Positions 18,548-28,391 of a stretch of DNA of 45,742 nucleotides are shown here, piece by piece. Both the position numbers and the translations under genes were made by a program. Position 1 is the stretch's first letter; the number at the start of each line of letters is the position of its first letter. The notes under the pieces are model-generated. The model was not told the DNA's origin. It saw nothing but the letters and a program-made list of their open reading frames with translations, and made no database searches. This DNA is from a candidate division WOR-3 bacterium (GTDB lineage: Bacteria > Hydrothermota > Tepidihabitantia > Tepidihabitantales > Tepidihabitantaceae): NCBI GenBank assembly GCA_039801225.1, contig JBDRUH010000010.1, positions 1 through 45,742 on the forward strand, written 5' to 3'.

Positions 18548-20155
18548 CTATCCCTCCTGCGGCATAATTATATGGGGAATAATAAATATCATCAAGTCGC
18601 TTTTGGTTCGCTCTACCGATGTCTTCTTAAACAGATGTCCCAATATCGGAATGTCGCCTAAGAGCGGAATCTTGCCAACATTGCGTGTCTCTTCATCTTT
18701 AACCAGACCGCCGATTACCACCACCTCATCCTCCGCCACTTTAACCTGAGTCTCCGCCTCGCGCTTAGCAACTATCGGCTGGCGATCATCAGCAGAACCA
18801 ACCCAGCCGGTAATCGCCTCAACGCTCGGTTTGACTTTCATCGTAATCATCCCATCGGAGGTAACATGGGGTGTAACCTCCATCTTTATTGGAATAGAAC
18901 GGGTCTTCCAGGTGTAAGTAATCTCACCCGTGTTCGGGTCTTTATGAACTTCCCGGATTGGCACATCCAGCCCCATACTCACCGTTGCGGTCTGATTGTC
19001 TAATGTCACTGTCCGAGGATTGGCTAAAACCCGGGATTTGCCCCGCGACATCATCAACTCAAAGGCGATGTTAAAGTTGGCAAGGGAAATCTTGCCGATA
19101 ACCATCTCCCGGATGATAATTGGAATCGCTACCTCGTCGCCAATCTTTGGCAATTCCGTTGAAAACGAAGCAATTGTCCGCCAGTCAATACCATACCGGT
19201 CTTCAGCCAAATTGGTTGTCTCGATAAACTTCGCCTCAATAGCAATCTGGGGCACCGGTCGGTCTAACTCGGCAATCACCTGTGCCACCGCGTCTAAAGC
19301 CTCTGGCACATCGGTCACCACGAGAATTGCGCTTCGCTCTTGACCGCCGCCTTTGGTAGTAACCCGACGATAACTTATTTCGGCATTACCATTTTCGGAA
19401 AGCACCTTGGCAATTGCCTTCTTGGCATCCTCCGCTTCAATATAGTCAAGATTGAAAACCCGCGTTTCCGTCTCGCCATAGATCATCTTTTTAATCGGTT
19501 TGACAATCAAAAGGCCGGTTTTTCTGTCCTCTACCATATTGCAGCCGCCCGCCTTGAGTAAAGCATCCATTCCGGCGCGCAAAGGCACCTGATTCAGCCT
19601 GACACTCACTACCGCCTTTACATCCTGGGTCACTAAGATATTCAAGCCAAACTGCCGGGCGATCATCTGCAAAACGCTGGCAACATCCGCCTCCTGGACC
19701 AGTAGCGTCAATGGTGGCTTGTCACTGAATTGGTCTTTTATCTCAACCGTAGGAGCTGAGGGAAGCGGCGTCGTCCCCAGGTCAATAGAGATTACACCAT
19801 TTTCATTGACAATTCGCGACTGAACTAAGTCGCGCAAATGCACGGTAACCCGAACCCCTTGGGTCACCTCGCTCGGTTTCACCGTCACCGCTCGCACCGG
19901 ATAATACCGGCAACTAACCTCTTCAGTTGGAACTTTGCTAACCGCATCCATAATATCCACCACTAGCGTCGGTGGCTCATGGGTAACAAACGAACTGATA
20001 TTAGGCGTTCTGCTGCAGGCAACAGCCACCCGTACACCCTCAAGAAGTTTGTCAATGGTTATATCCCGAACCACCACTTGCTCTTGAGCCCTAACTATCG
20101 CCCATAGAGCAAATATTACTATAATTACCGTCAAAACTCTTCTTTTGTTCTTCAT
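18548..20155 (-). CDS. pilQ: Type IV pilus secretin with N-terminal AMIN-like domain
   Basis: Signal peptide; LDRPVPQIAIEAKFIE; LANPRTVTLDNQTA; KIPLLGDIPILGHLFK. Confidence 0.92.
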   Translation of the reverse strand: MKNKRRVLTVIIVIFALWAIVRAQEQVVVRDITIDKLLEGVRVAVACSRTPNISSFVTHEPPTLVVDIMDAVSKVPTEEVSCRYYPVRAVTVKPSEVTQGVRVTVHLRDLVQSRIVNENGVISIDLGTTPLPSAPTVEIKDQFSDKPPLTLLVQEADVASVLQMIARQFGLNILVTQDVKAVVSVRLNQVPLRAGMDALLKAGGCNMVEDRKTGLLIVKPIKKMIYGETETRVFNLDYIEAEDAKKAIAKVLSENGNAEISYRRVTTKGGGQERSAILVVTDVPEALDAVAQVIAELDRPVPQIAIEAKFIETTNLAEDRYGIDWRTIASFSTELPKIGDEVAIPIIIREMVIGKISLANFNIAFELMMSRGKSRVLANPRTVTLDNQTATVSMGLDVPIREVHKDPNTGEITYTWKTRSIPIKMEVTPHVTSDGMITMKVKPSVEAITGWVGSADDRQPIVAKREAETQVKVAEDEVVVIGGLVKDEETRNVGKIPLLGDIPILGHLFKKTSVERTKSDLMIFIIPHIIMPQEG

Positions 20156-20158
20156 AAT

Positions 20159-20623
20159 CTACTCCCCCAGTGTCAAAGTAAATGTTCGACCACCCTGTTC
20201 TAATATTACCTTATCCTCCTCGATTTTAACCACCCGTTTTCTATTTATCTCGTCGCCAACCTGAAGAATCTGATTGTTAATCAAGGCGCTGGCACCAGAA
20301 GTGGTTATGGTAATCGCCCGAAGGTTTAAATTGGCTACTTCGCTAAAAAGAATCCAGTCCCGAACGAACGGGTCACTGCCCCACTCTACCGCCTCGGTGG
20401 CGATTTCTGTTTTCTCGCTGGATGAGGAAGACACCGGTTGCTTTTCCGATGGAGTTACCTCCTGTTTTTTCGGCGATCGGCTAACCTGCGTGGCCACCGC
20501 CTCGGATGAGTGGGGGGAAACGACCTTCACCCCTAAAGTTTTTGTTCGGAACGTCAATGTATAGATTATTAGCACCGTAACCCCGATCGCTAAAATGGCT
20601 AATATTCGCTCCTTCAAATCCAC
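20159..20623 (-). CDS. PilP/GspB-C-like pilus assembly protein
   Basis: TM plus linker plus DPF motif; LNLRAI..ALINNQILQVGDEI..KIEEDKVIL beta domain; lies between pilO and pilQ; GTG start after GGAG. Confidence 0.65.
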   Translation of the reverse strand: MDLKERILAILAIGVTVLIIYTLTFRTKTLGVKVVSPHSSEAVATQVSRSPKKQEVTPSEKQPVSSSSSEKTEIATEAVEWGSDPFVRDWILFSEVANLNLRAITITTSGASALINNQILQVGDEINRKRVVKIEEDKVILEQGGRTFTLTLGE

Positions 20624-20641
20624 TCCTTTCTCATTTTTTAA

Positions 20642-21205
20642 TTATACCCTTTGTTTCCTTTGCATAAAGTAGCTAGTCGGTAAAAGGCTTTCACCGACCC
20701 TAACGACGCTTCTTCGTCCAAACGCCTCAATCTCAATATGGTTGGTATAAATTGCCACAATCTTCCGACCCATCACCACATCTCCGACTTTTACGCGACG
20801 ATTGTCAATTAACGCATAACTCTCGTCACCCAAAGAGACAATCGCCTTCAAGACATAATATGCCCCTTTAGAACCCCTTTTCTTTCCCTTCCTTAACCTG
20901 CTACTATATTTTAGCATCCGCCGCCGCTCCCTCTCCTGACGGCGCAACTCTTTTCTTCGCCTCTTCTCCTCTTCCCGCTGTCGCTTGCGCTCCTTTGCCC
21001 TTTCCTCTTTTGTCTGCGCCTTTAATTTACCGACTGTCTTTCCCCGAGCCGCAGGTCGGGCAGCAGTAGTTTTTTGTGCCAAGGAGTCGGTTTGCGTGCT
21101 TGCCCTTGGACGTCTTGTAGAAGTGCTCTTTGGTCTTTTAATAAGAAACATTCCGGCCACAACCACTACCGCAATTAGAATCAACAAAAGAAAAATTCGC
21201 CTCAC
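20642..21205 (-). CDS. Second PilP/GspB-C-like protein with a highly basic coiled coil
   Basis: TM; K/R/E-rich helix; LKAIVS..ALIDNRRVKVGDVV domain similar to the adjacent gene. Confidence 0.6.
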   Translation of the reverse strand: MRRIFLLLILIAVVVVAGMFLIKRPKSTSTRRPRASTQTDSLAQKTTAARPAARGKTVGKLKAQTKEERAKERKRQREEEKRRRKELRRQERERRRMLKYSSRLRKGKKRGSKGAYYVLKAIVSLGDESYALIDNRRVKVGDVVMGRKIVAIYTNHIEIEAFGRRSVVRVGESLLPTSYFMQRKQRV

Positions 21206-21777
21206 AACCTCTTCCCTTCTGCCAGAGTTGATGCGTAAATGTTAATTAAGAGTTTTGCCTCAATCTCCGGACGGATGTCCTCCCGGGCATTTATATCAAA
21301 ATCCAACACCCGGACGAAATAAGGATATTGAGCAAGACTTTGAACAAACTGACCGACATCCAGATATCGTCCCTGCGCGGTAACTAAAAACGGCACCGGT
21401 CGGACCTGAGTTCCTGCCCCTTCCTCTTGAAGAAGAGTATCAAGACCAGGGGGGGAAATCTCTAAGAAGTGCACCCGATGTCGCTCTGCCTCCTGAGAAA
21501 GGGAGCGAAACAGACTGAGCATCTCAGAACGGGGCACCACCCGCGCCCAAATATCGCGAATTTGAGTTTCCAGTTCATCCCTTCGCTGCCGCAATCGGGG
21601 CATCTGAGCAATTCTTGCCTTGGTCTCGGCAAGTTCCTTTTTCAATTGCGCTACCACTGCGGCGGTCTTCTGCCGCGCCTTTATCCGGGGCTGATAGAGC
21701 AAAAACCAGGCAACAATCCCTAAAACCACATAGGCGATTAAGCCAACTAATACTACCCTTCTTTCAATTAATCCCAT
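21202..21777 (-). CDS. pilO: Type IV pilus assembly protein PilO
   Basis: TM plus coiled coil plus GRYLDVGQFVQSL ferredoxin-like domain; follows pilMN. Confidence 0.85.
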   Translation of the reverse strand: MGLIERRVVLVGLIAYVVLGIVAWFLLYQPRIKARQKTAAVVAQLKKELAETKARIAQMPRLRQRRDELETQIRDIWARVVPRSEMLSLFRSLSQEAERHRVHFLEISPPGLDTLLQEEGAGTQVRPVPFLVTAQGRYLDVGQFVQSLAQYPYFVRVLDFDINAREDIRPEIEAKLLINIYASTLAEGKRL

Positions 21778-21780
21778 AAT

Positions 21781-23385
21781 TTACTCCGTGACACACTGAA
21801 TTTCAAATTCCAAGACCGTTTCGCCTTGGAAACTACTTCGGTTCTTGGAAACTAACTGAACCTGGGAAAAAGTAGGCGTGCGTTCAAGGTTAATTAAAAA
21901 CTGGGCAAGGTCAATATCCAAAAGATGCGGCTCACCGCTAACCATTCCCGTCATCTTTACATTGGAACGGTTACTCAAAGTGAAAGTATTAATTTGAATG
22001 TTCGGCGGCACAACCGTGCTTAATTTTGCCATCACCGGCACTGTCGGTGAAACCTCCCCAATTACATTCTCCAGCGCCCGCTCCCTTGCCTCCAAATCAG
22101 CAATCTCCTTTTCTAACGCAAAATAACTCTGGTTTTGCTCCTCTGTCGCCTTAATCTCATTTTTCAATCTGGCAACCTCACCAGTCAAAATTCCTGACCA
22201 GCCGGCAATTAGAATATACCCCAGTATCAAAATACCAATCCAGGCAATTCCACCGATGGTCACCATCCGGACATCCCGACCAACAACAATGCCCCTTTTT
22301 ATCTCTGCAGGCAGGAGGTTAACCGCGGTATGGTCATAATATAACCCCAGCGCCGCCACTAAGCGATGACCAAACTCTTCGCCCGGGGAAGTCCCTTTCC
22401 GATATAGACCAAAATCCCGGAACGGGTCAAAGAACTCAGTGGTGATGCCAGTGCTGGTCTGAAGATACTCGCGGAGTCCCTTCATTGCCGCAGTGCCGCC
22501 ACATATCAGTAGCCGGTTAATTTTCTCCTCACCAAACTCCCGACGGTAATATTCAATGGAGCGATTCACTTCGGCTATAAACCTCTCCAATGCTGGTCGC
22601 TGCAGGATGGCTAACCGCTTTACCAAAACCCCTGAAGGCAACCTTTCCTGACTGTCTTCTTGAGGAATGCCGTATTTTCGTTTCAAATCCTCAGCATCAT
22701 AGGCGTCCAGAGCTAATTGCCCCTCCTCGGTGGTTATTGCTACGGTCATCGCCTCGGTAATCGCATTACCGGCGGTGGTTACCATCCGGGCGAGGTCAAG
22801 ACGCTCCCCTTTCATAAATATTATATTGGTAAATTCCGCGCCAATATCCAAGAGACATACCGTCTCATCAGGACGCAACCGACCGAACTTCTTCACCGCC
22901 GCCTGAAGGGCAAACGGTGCCACACTAATTCCGGTTGGTTCCAACCCCGCCTTCCGTAATGTTGAGATGTGGTCAGAAACAATATCCTTCCGCGCCGCAA
23001 TTACCATTACATTGTCCTTAATCGTCCCGGCCTCTCGCACCGGTCCTAATGTCTTGAAATCAAAGACCGCCTCATCTTGGGTAAAGGGCGAGTACTTATC
23101 TAACCGCAGGAAGATCGCCTCCTTAAGGTCCCGCCGCGCCATCTTAGGAAAAGGCGCTTGGCGCAAACTCACCGAGGGTCCGGAAACGAATGTAAAAACC
23201 TCCCGGGGACGATAGTCTTTAATTAGTTCCCGGAGAATCGCCGGAATGTCAAACGCCTCTCCGATCTCCTTTAATCCATAATCAACAACTCGCCCCCCCT
23301 CTATTTTTACAAACTTTACCGAGTTGGAACCAATATCAATACAGAGGGTTCCTTTACCCCCTCCGCCAAAAATTTTCGTTGCCAA
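21781..23385 (-). CDS. pilM: PilM-PilN fusion protein
   Basis: Actin-like IDIGSNSVK, LDIGAEFT and CGGTA, then VNLLP, a TM, a coiled coil and a PilN-like domain in one ORF; TTG start after SD AAGGAGGT. Confidence 0.85.
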   Translation of the reverse strand: MATKIFGGGGKGTLCIDIGSNSVKFVKIEGGRVVDYGLKEIGEAFDIPAILRELIKDYRPREVFTFVSGPSVSLRQAPFPKMARRDLKEAIFLRLDKYSPFTQDEAVFDFKTLGPVREAGTIKDNVMVIAARKDIVSDHISTLRKAGLEPTGISVAPFALQAAVKKFGRLRPDETVCLLDIGAEFTNIIFMKGERLDLARMVTTAGNAITEAMTVAITTEEGQLALDAYDAEDLKRKYGIPQEDSQERLPSGVLVKRLAILQRPALERFIAEVNRSIEYYRREFGEEKINRLLICGGTAAMKGLREYLQTSTGITTEFFDPFRDFGLYRKGTSPGEEFGHRLVAALGLYYDHTAVNLLPAEIKRGIVVGRDVRMVTIGGIAWIGILILGYILIAGWSGILTGEVARLKNEIKATEEQNQSYFALEKEIADLEARERALENVIGEVSPTVPVMAKLSTVVPPNIQINTFTLSNRSNVKMTGMVSGEPHLLDIDLAQFLINLERTPTFSQVQLVSKNRSSFQGETVLEFEIQCVTE

Positions 23386-23406
23386 ATTACCTCCTTTTCT
23401 CAACTA

Positions 23407-24531
23407 TCACCGCGGTATGACAACAATCTCTGAACCATCATTAAACCTCAAGCGAAACCTCTTGCTGTAGATGTTTGCCTTACCTCCACCGGATGGAGAG
23501 TTCTGGAAGTTTAAGGAAAACCACACCTCTTCGCCCCTATCAGGCTGAATCCCAAAAGCTGGCGACACTGAAACACTGTCTCCTTTCCCGGGTAATGGAG
23601 GAGTAAGATTTATTTGGTGTTCCTCCTCTTCACTTTTGATCAACCCATCTCCCATAAAGGCGTCATCTGGTGCCTCCATAAAGGCAAATGAACTAACCAG
23701 CACCTCCTCGCCCCCAGCATTGACCACCTTAAAAATAAAACCAGCAGAATCATTAGAAAGGGTCGGTTTACCTACCATCTGAAGGTAGTTTTTAAATGGT
23801 CGGGCAAAACGAAAGTCCACCGTCACTTTACTCCGGGGAAGCACCGTTACCAACCGAACAATAGAATCTCCACCGGGACGAGAGGCGACAATTTTATGGG
23901 TGCCAATATGAATTGGGCCATGAGTGCTCGGTGAGAACTCATAAAACCCCCCAGGGTCCGGTGTGGTGAAATAATATGTGCCATCCGGGAAAATCAATTT
24001 TATCCCCACAGTGGTTGCCTTATCTCCTGGCGGGTTATTCTCTCCATCAGTTACATTGCCAACAATATAGTTATTTGTGAGATGAGTAACGGAGTCAACA
24101 ATCCGCATCGTCATCGGATATTTCCCATTTCCTAAAGTGGCAATTGTGGCTTGCTCCGGGTCATAGGTGTAGGGATTTCCCCAAGCATCCAGTCGATAGC
24201 CAACCGTATCCTGGAGAAAATCCACTCGGAAATAAGGTCCATGCCAATTAGGAGAACTGGTGGTGTTTTCCACCAACTCTCTAAGGCTCAAAGGAAGTCG
24301 CATCATATCACCATAAAAACCAAAATCTACTCGCCGACCATTAGCTGTCAAGTTAGGATTTCCCACCATCGCATAAATAATTTCTTTCATCTCCTTAGTG
24401 GTCTGGTCAAAAAGTCCTCGGTCCCGGGTGGCATCAATTGTCCGAATAGCAACGGTGCTTAACAACCCGATGATTAATAGAACTACCAAAAGCTCCATTA
24501 GGGTAAAACCGGAATTGGATTTTGGATTCAT
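23407..24531 (-). CDS. Prepilin-type N-methylation domain protein (large minor pilin with Ig-like extension)
   Basis: SG|FTLMELLVV; GspG-like WHGPY..DAWGNPY; ATG24531 overlaps the upstream stop codon. Confidence 0.85.
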   Translation of the reverse strand: MNPKSNSGFTLMELLVVLLIIGLLSTVAIRTIDATRDRGLFDQTTKEMKEIIYAMVGNPNLTANGRRVDFGFYGDMMRLPLSLRELVENTTSSPNWHGPYFRVDFLQDTVGYRLDAWGNPYTYDPEQATIATLGNGKYPMTMRIVDSVTHLTNNYIVGNVTDGENNPPGDKATTVGIKLIFPDGTYYFTTPDPGGFYEFSPSTHGPIHIGTHKIVASRPGGDSIVRLVTVLPRSKVTVDFRFARPFKNYLQMVGKPTLSNDSAGFIFKVVNAGGEEVLVSSFAFMEAPDDAFMGDGLIKSEEEEHQINLTPPLPGKGDSVSVSPAFGIQPDRGEEVWFSLNFQNSPSGGGKANIYSKRFRLRFNDGSEIVVIPR

Positions 24532-25364
24532 AAGCTCGGATTTGCCCAATTTACATTCATTCTAACCTCAATATCTTGTGCCCCAGCCCGTGGAAAAACC
24601 GTCACCATTTTGACAACACTATCACAACTCCCGGGCGGCGGCACAAAACACCAGAACCTCACTATCAGTCGATGGACTCCTTGAGGAACATTCTGAAACT
24701 CAAATCGCCCATTACTACCCGGGGTCATCGTATAATCGTCCCGATAAATCACGCCATTACGAGGGTAGTTAAGTTCAACCACTAACCGGTATTCCGATTT
24801 TTGCAGTAAGGAATCGGGCGGAGGATTCCCAAACTGGTCATAAACCCAGCCAGTAACCTTATTCTGAAGGACATCTTTAACTGAATAACCTAAGGACCGG
24901 GTTATCCAGCGACTTCGGTTAACCAAACCACCCCCGCCGTAACTGCGCAAAAAGAGACTGTCGCGGTGAAATATAATAGTATCACCCCAAGCATCAATCC
25001 GGTAGCCTTCAGGAGACTGGGCAAAAGTCCCTTTAATATAAGGACCTCGCCAGAGGCTGCTTTCTGGCGGTGAAACCCAATCCGGTTTAACCGCCAGGTC
25101 AGTAAGACTCCGCGGTAATACACCCATATCGCCAATAAAACCGAAGTCAGCTCTAACGCCGCCAACAATGTAATTCGGGTCACCGGTAATCGCCAATGCA
25201 ATCTTATCCAACTTCTGCCGGGTCTGCTCAAACCTCCCTCGTTCCAGCGTTACATCCCAAGTCTTGACTGCTGCGGTGAGAATCAAACTCAAAATCATCA
25301 AAACTACCAATAGTTCTATAAGGGTAACCCCCGCGTTCCGCCTTTCGCCTTTCGCCTTTCGCAT
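24528..25364 (-). CDS. Prepilin-type N-methylation domain protein (minor pilin)
   Basis: AG|VTLIELLVV; WRGPY..DAWG; C-terminal carboxypeptidase-regulatory-like beta sandwich. Confidence 0.85.
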   Translation of the reverse strand: MRKAKGERRNAGVTLIELLVVLMILSLILTAAVKTWDVTLERGRFEQTRQKLDKIALAITGDPNYIVGGVRADFGFIGDMGVLPRSLTDLAVKPDWVSPPESSLWRGPYIKGTFAQSPEGYRIDAWGDTIIFHRDSLFLRSYGGGGLVNRSRWITRSLGYSVKDVLQNKVTGWVYDQFGNPPPDSLLQKSEYRLVVELNYPRNGVIYRDDYTMTPGSNGRFEFQNVPQGVHRLIVRFWCFVPPPGSCDSVVKMVTVFPRAGAQDIEVRMNVNWANPSL

Positions 25365-25366
25365 CC

Positions 25367-25966
25367 CTAAAACCTCACTCTGATATCATCGTTTCTAACC
25401 GCCCCGGGTTGCCCCCAGAACAGCCCATCAGGACCAGGGCTCTCTAATCCCAGAGTGTCATTGCCTTCCACCCAGTAGCGGTAGGCGCCATTCCAGGCAT
25501 CGTAGCAATAACCCATCTCCCCATCTTCTCTGATATAAGGTCCATTCCATCCTTTTTGAATATAGGGGTCCCAAGCGGCGAGCGTCTCTTTGCCTAAATA
25601 CATTACCGAAGCATAAATCCCCTCAAATGGATTACGGGTGGCAAGTTCCACCAGATGACGGGGCAATCTGCCGACATCATGTTTAAAACCCGACCCGACC
25701 ATTTCTCCACCAACTTGGACATCGGGATTTCCCATTATCGCCTCACGCAGAGTATTAAGCTCTTGAAGGGTAGCAACTCTCCGGGCGTTGGTAATAATCC
25801 GAGAAATCATCGGTGGAACAAAGAAGGCAAGAAGGAGCCCCAAAACCGAAAGAACTACTAAAAGTTCCACCAATGTAAACCCGCCAAATGAGAGACCCGA
25901 GACCGATGACCGCTGACCGGGGACCATCTTCCGTCTTCGGTCTCCCGGCTCCTTACGGGTATCCAT
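25367..25966 (-). CDS. Prepilin-type N-methylation domain protein (GspG-like)
   Basis: GG|FTLVELLVV; WNGPY..DAWNGAY..SPGPDG..DDI. Start moved to ATG25966, 7 nt after TTGACA-N17-TACAAT. Confidence 0.85.
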   Translation of the reverse strand: MDTRKEPGDRRRKMVPGQRSSVSGLSFGGFTLVELLVVLSVLGLLLAFFVPPMISRIITNARRVATLQELNTLREAIMGNPDVQVGGEMVGSGFKHDVGRLPRHLVELATRNPFEGIYASVMYLGKETLAAWDPYIQKGWNGPYIREDGEMGYCYDAWNGAYRYWVEGNDTLGLESPGPDGLFWGQPGAVRNDDIRVRF

Positions 25967-26031
25967 ACTGGTGATTGTAGTCTTTTTTCTCGCCAATGTC
26001 AAGAATTTCCGCAACCCTACCTCCTACTTAG

Positions 26032-26664
26032 TTAGTTGTGCAGCACAAAAATAATCGCCTCATTGGTTGGACCAAAGTCCCGGATAGAGCATCCGCTGTG
26101 GTCAATGCCAACCAGTCCATAGTGAGTAGGGTAGAGTGAACCGGGGGGTTGCCAGATTCCATAAACAATCTCACCCGGTTCATAGCCGTAGACATCGTTC
26201 GGACCGCCTTCGCTGGTGTTGCTGATATCGGTGAGATTATCATAATCTTCTGGATTGAAATCGTCCGGGTCCATCTCTTCGCTGGTCCAGGGGTTGATAG
26301 GGAGTTTCCCAATGCTCACATCAAATTCACCACCGGGAAATATGCAACCGTAGCCATCTTCATAAAAATCTTCCGCATAATAGCCAAACTCCTGATGGAA
26401 TGTTTCAATGGCAATTTGAACATTGTGCAAGTTCATCTTCATCGCGCCCACCCTTGCCTGTTCACGGATTCCCGAAAATCTCGGCACCGCCATACCCATC
26501 AAGACTCCCAAAATCATAATCACCACCAAGAGTTCAATTAAAGTAAAACCGCCTGCCGCTCGCCGCCCAAGCCGGACGCCCGTTCCGGCGCAGCTTTCCG
26601 GATGCAAACCTAAAAGGTTTGCCCTACATTTGACTCCTCTTATATAAATCTTTTTATTCCACAT
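26032..26664 (-). CDS. Type IV pilin paralog with 39-aa leader
   Basis: GG|FTLIELLVV; own promoter TTGACA-N17-TAAAAT and SD AAGGAG; C-terminus IIFVLHN shared with 30180-30815. Confidence 0.88.
   Translation of the reverse strand: MWNKKIYIRGVKCRANLLGLHPESCAGTGVRLGRRAAGGFTLIELLVVIMILGVLMGMAVPRFSGIREQARVGAMKMNLHNVQIAIETFHQEFGYYAEDFYEDGYGCIFPGGEFDVSIGKLPINPWTSEEMDPDDFNPEDYDNLTDISNTSEGGPNDVYGYEPGEIVYGIWQPPGSLYPTHYGLVGIDHSGCSIRDFGPTNEAIIFVLHN
26604..26628 (-). repeat. GTAG-type REP-like palindrome inside the pilin leader coding region
   Basis: TGTAGGGCAAACCTTTTAGGTTTGC on the minus strand. Confidence 0.8.
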
Positions 26665-26727
26665 AATATCTCCTTTTCAATTTTATCAATATCGCTCCCA
26701 CCTGTCAAGTTCTGCATATAATTAATT

Positions 26728-27621
26728 TTATCCTCCCCGTTTACTTGGTGGGGTGGTAGTATGGACTTCACCCCCTTTGAGATAATACCTTCCGCCATAG
26801 GGCTCTTCGGGAACTGTTTCTAAGTAGCCGCGTTGAACCAGTTCTTCTATGCTGACGGGTAAACGGCGCTCTTTATCAGCAAAACGGTCTATCGCCTCCT
26901 TAATCTTCCTAACACCCTCTTCAAACTTCAGCCATCTGAGCTGCCGGAGTATCAGTTCCCGCAGCCGCCGATTTTGGGTGCTGTAATACAAATCGGACCA
27001 CATCTGTTTAGCAGTCTCAAAATCACCGCTCTTGGCGTAGAGGTAAGGAACCCAGCGAGTAACTATCCTCCAGGCATCGGGAAGTTTCGCCGCAATTTGG
27101 AATAATTCCGCCGCCGACTTGTAATCACCGAGCAACATATAATTAATAAAGCCAGCGTCAAATGGTAATTGCCAGGATAACGGGTTAGCCTTCATCCCAA
27201 AAGAGAGCAGCGTCAATGCCTCCATAGGCTTTTTGGCATCCCAAGCGAGGGTCATCGCGCCAAAGCGATAGGCGCCGATAAAGCGTGGGTCAAGGGTAGT
27301 AAGGATTTCAAAAATGTGCCCAAGCCATTCGTAGCGCCGATCGGTCTCTAGATGCCGGCCGTAGTAATCAATAGCAGTTAGCCAGATAAAGTCGGCGAAC
27401 AGTTCGTCATACTCAATACTACTCTCCCGCAACGCCAGCCCGGAAGGGAAATAGGCGAGTTCCTGAACCACTCTTTCACTAGCGCGCCGGCTGAAAGAAT
27501 CAATCGTCAGTTGCAGTAAATAAATTCCCACAAATCCCCAGACGACCACCACCATTGGGAGAAGACTGATAACCCACTCTGGACGCCTGATTTCTTTATG
27601 AGTAATTTCGGTGAGTTCCAT
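26728..27621 (-). CDS. TPR-containing pilus accessory protein (Myxococcus PilG / Geobacter Xap-like)
   Basis: TM; ADFIWLTAIDYYG; TTLDPRF..AYRFGA; LVQRGYLETVPEEPYGGRY; third gene of the ABC module. Confidence 0.7.
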   Translation of the reverse strand: MELTEITHKEIRRPEWVISLLPMVVVVWGFVGIYLLQLTIDSFSRRASERVVQELAYFPSGLALRESSIEYDELFADFIWLTAIDYYGRHLETDRRYEWLGHIFEILTTLDPRFIGAYRFGAMTLAWDAKKPMEALTLLSFGMKANPLSWQLPFDAGFINYMLLGDYKSAAELFQIAAKLPDAWRIVTRWVPYLYAKSGDFETAKQMWSDLYYSTQNRRLRELILRQLRWLKFEEGVRKIKEAIDRFADKERRLPVSIEELVQRGYLETVPEEPYGGRYYLKGGEVHTTTPPSKRGG

Positions 27622-28391
27622 TAAAAATCCTTGCGGTCAAAGACAATTACCGCTATCAAGAGAAGGGTAAAGGTATACAATAGAGAATAAAGAGCCGAAA
27701 ATACCATCGCCTGGGGGTTGAGAGGAACGCCGTAGACAACATCTCCCCGGATGTTAAAGTTGTTGAGATTTGGTAAAATAAAGTAAAGGAAAAGACTGAT
27801 AAATTTAATGAGCGGCAAGGGGGTCATAACCGCCAAATGTTTGAGTAAATGGGTACTGTGTCCGATAAAATAAATCATAAAGGTAAAAACCGCACTACCC
27901 ACCGGAGTAACAAAGGTGGAAAATAGCACCGCTACCGCGGTGAGTAAAATAAGTTCAAAAGCGGTCATAACTACCGCCCAAAGGAGATTAAATGTAATAG
28001 GAACTCGAGTGATTAATAGCACCGCATAAAACCCGACGGTCATAACCATTAGGCTGAGAATAAGGACGACGATGAGTCCGATGTATTTACCTAAAATAAA
28101 CTCGCCCCTTCGCACCGGTCGGGCAAGAATAAGATAAATGGTCCTTTTCTCAACCTCCCGGTATACAATCCTTCCTCCTATTAGAATGGCGATAAGAACG
28201 CAGAAGAGTGTTATCGCTGACAACCCCAGGTCCTTAATAATCTTCTCCGCCTCACCCATTGCCACCGGTTGAACCAATTTCGCCGTCCCCATCACCACAA
28301 TGGCAATAACGATCAGTGCTATTAGAATGCGGTCTCTAATCGCCTCGCGAAATGTATTGAGTGCCATACCGTATATGCGTTGGAGCATCAA
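27621..28391 (-). CDS. ABC-2 type permease (PilI-like)
   Basis: ALNTFREAIRDR; EVEKRTIYLILARPVRR; C-terminal FDRKDF. Confidence 0.88.
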   Translation of the reverse strand: MMLQRIYGMALNTFREAIRDRILIALIVIAIVVMGTAKLVQPVAMGEAEKIIKDLGLSAITLFCVLIAILIGGRIVYREVEKRTIYLILARPVRRGEFILGKYIGLIVVLILSLMVMTVGFYAVLLITRVPITFNLLWAVVMTAFELILLTAVAVLFSTFVTPVGSAVFTFMIYFIGHSTHLLKHLAVMTPLPLIKFISLFLYFILPNLNNFNIRGDVVYGVPLNPQAMVFSALYSLLYTFTLLLIAVIVFDRKDF

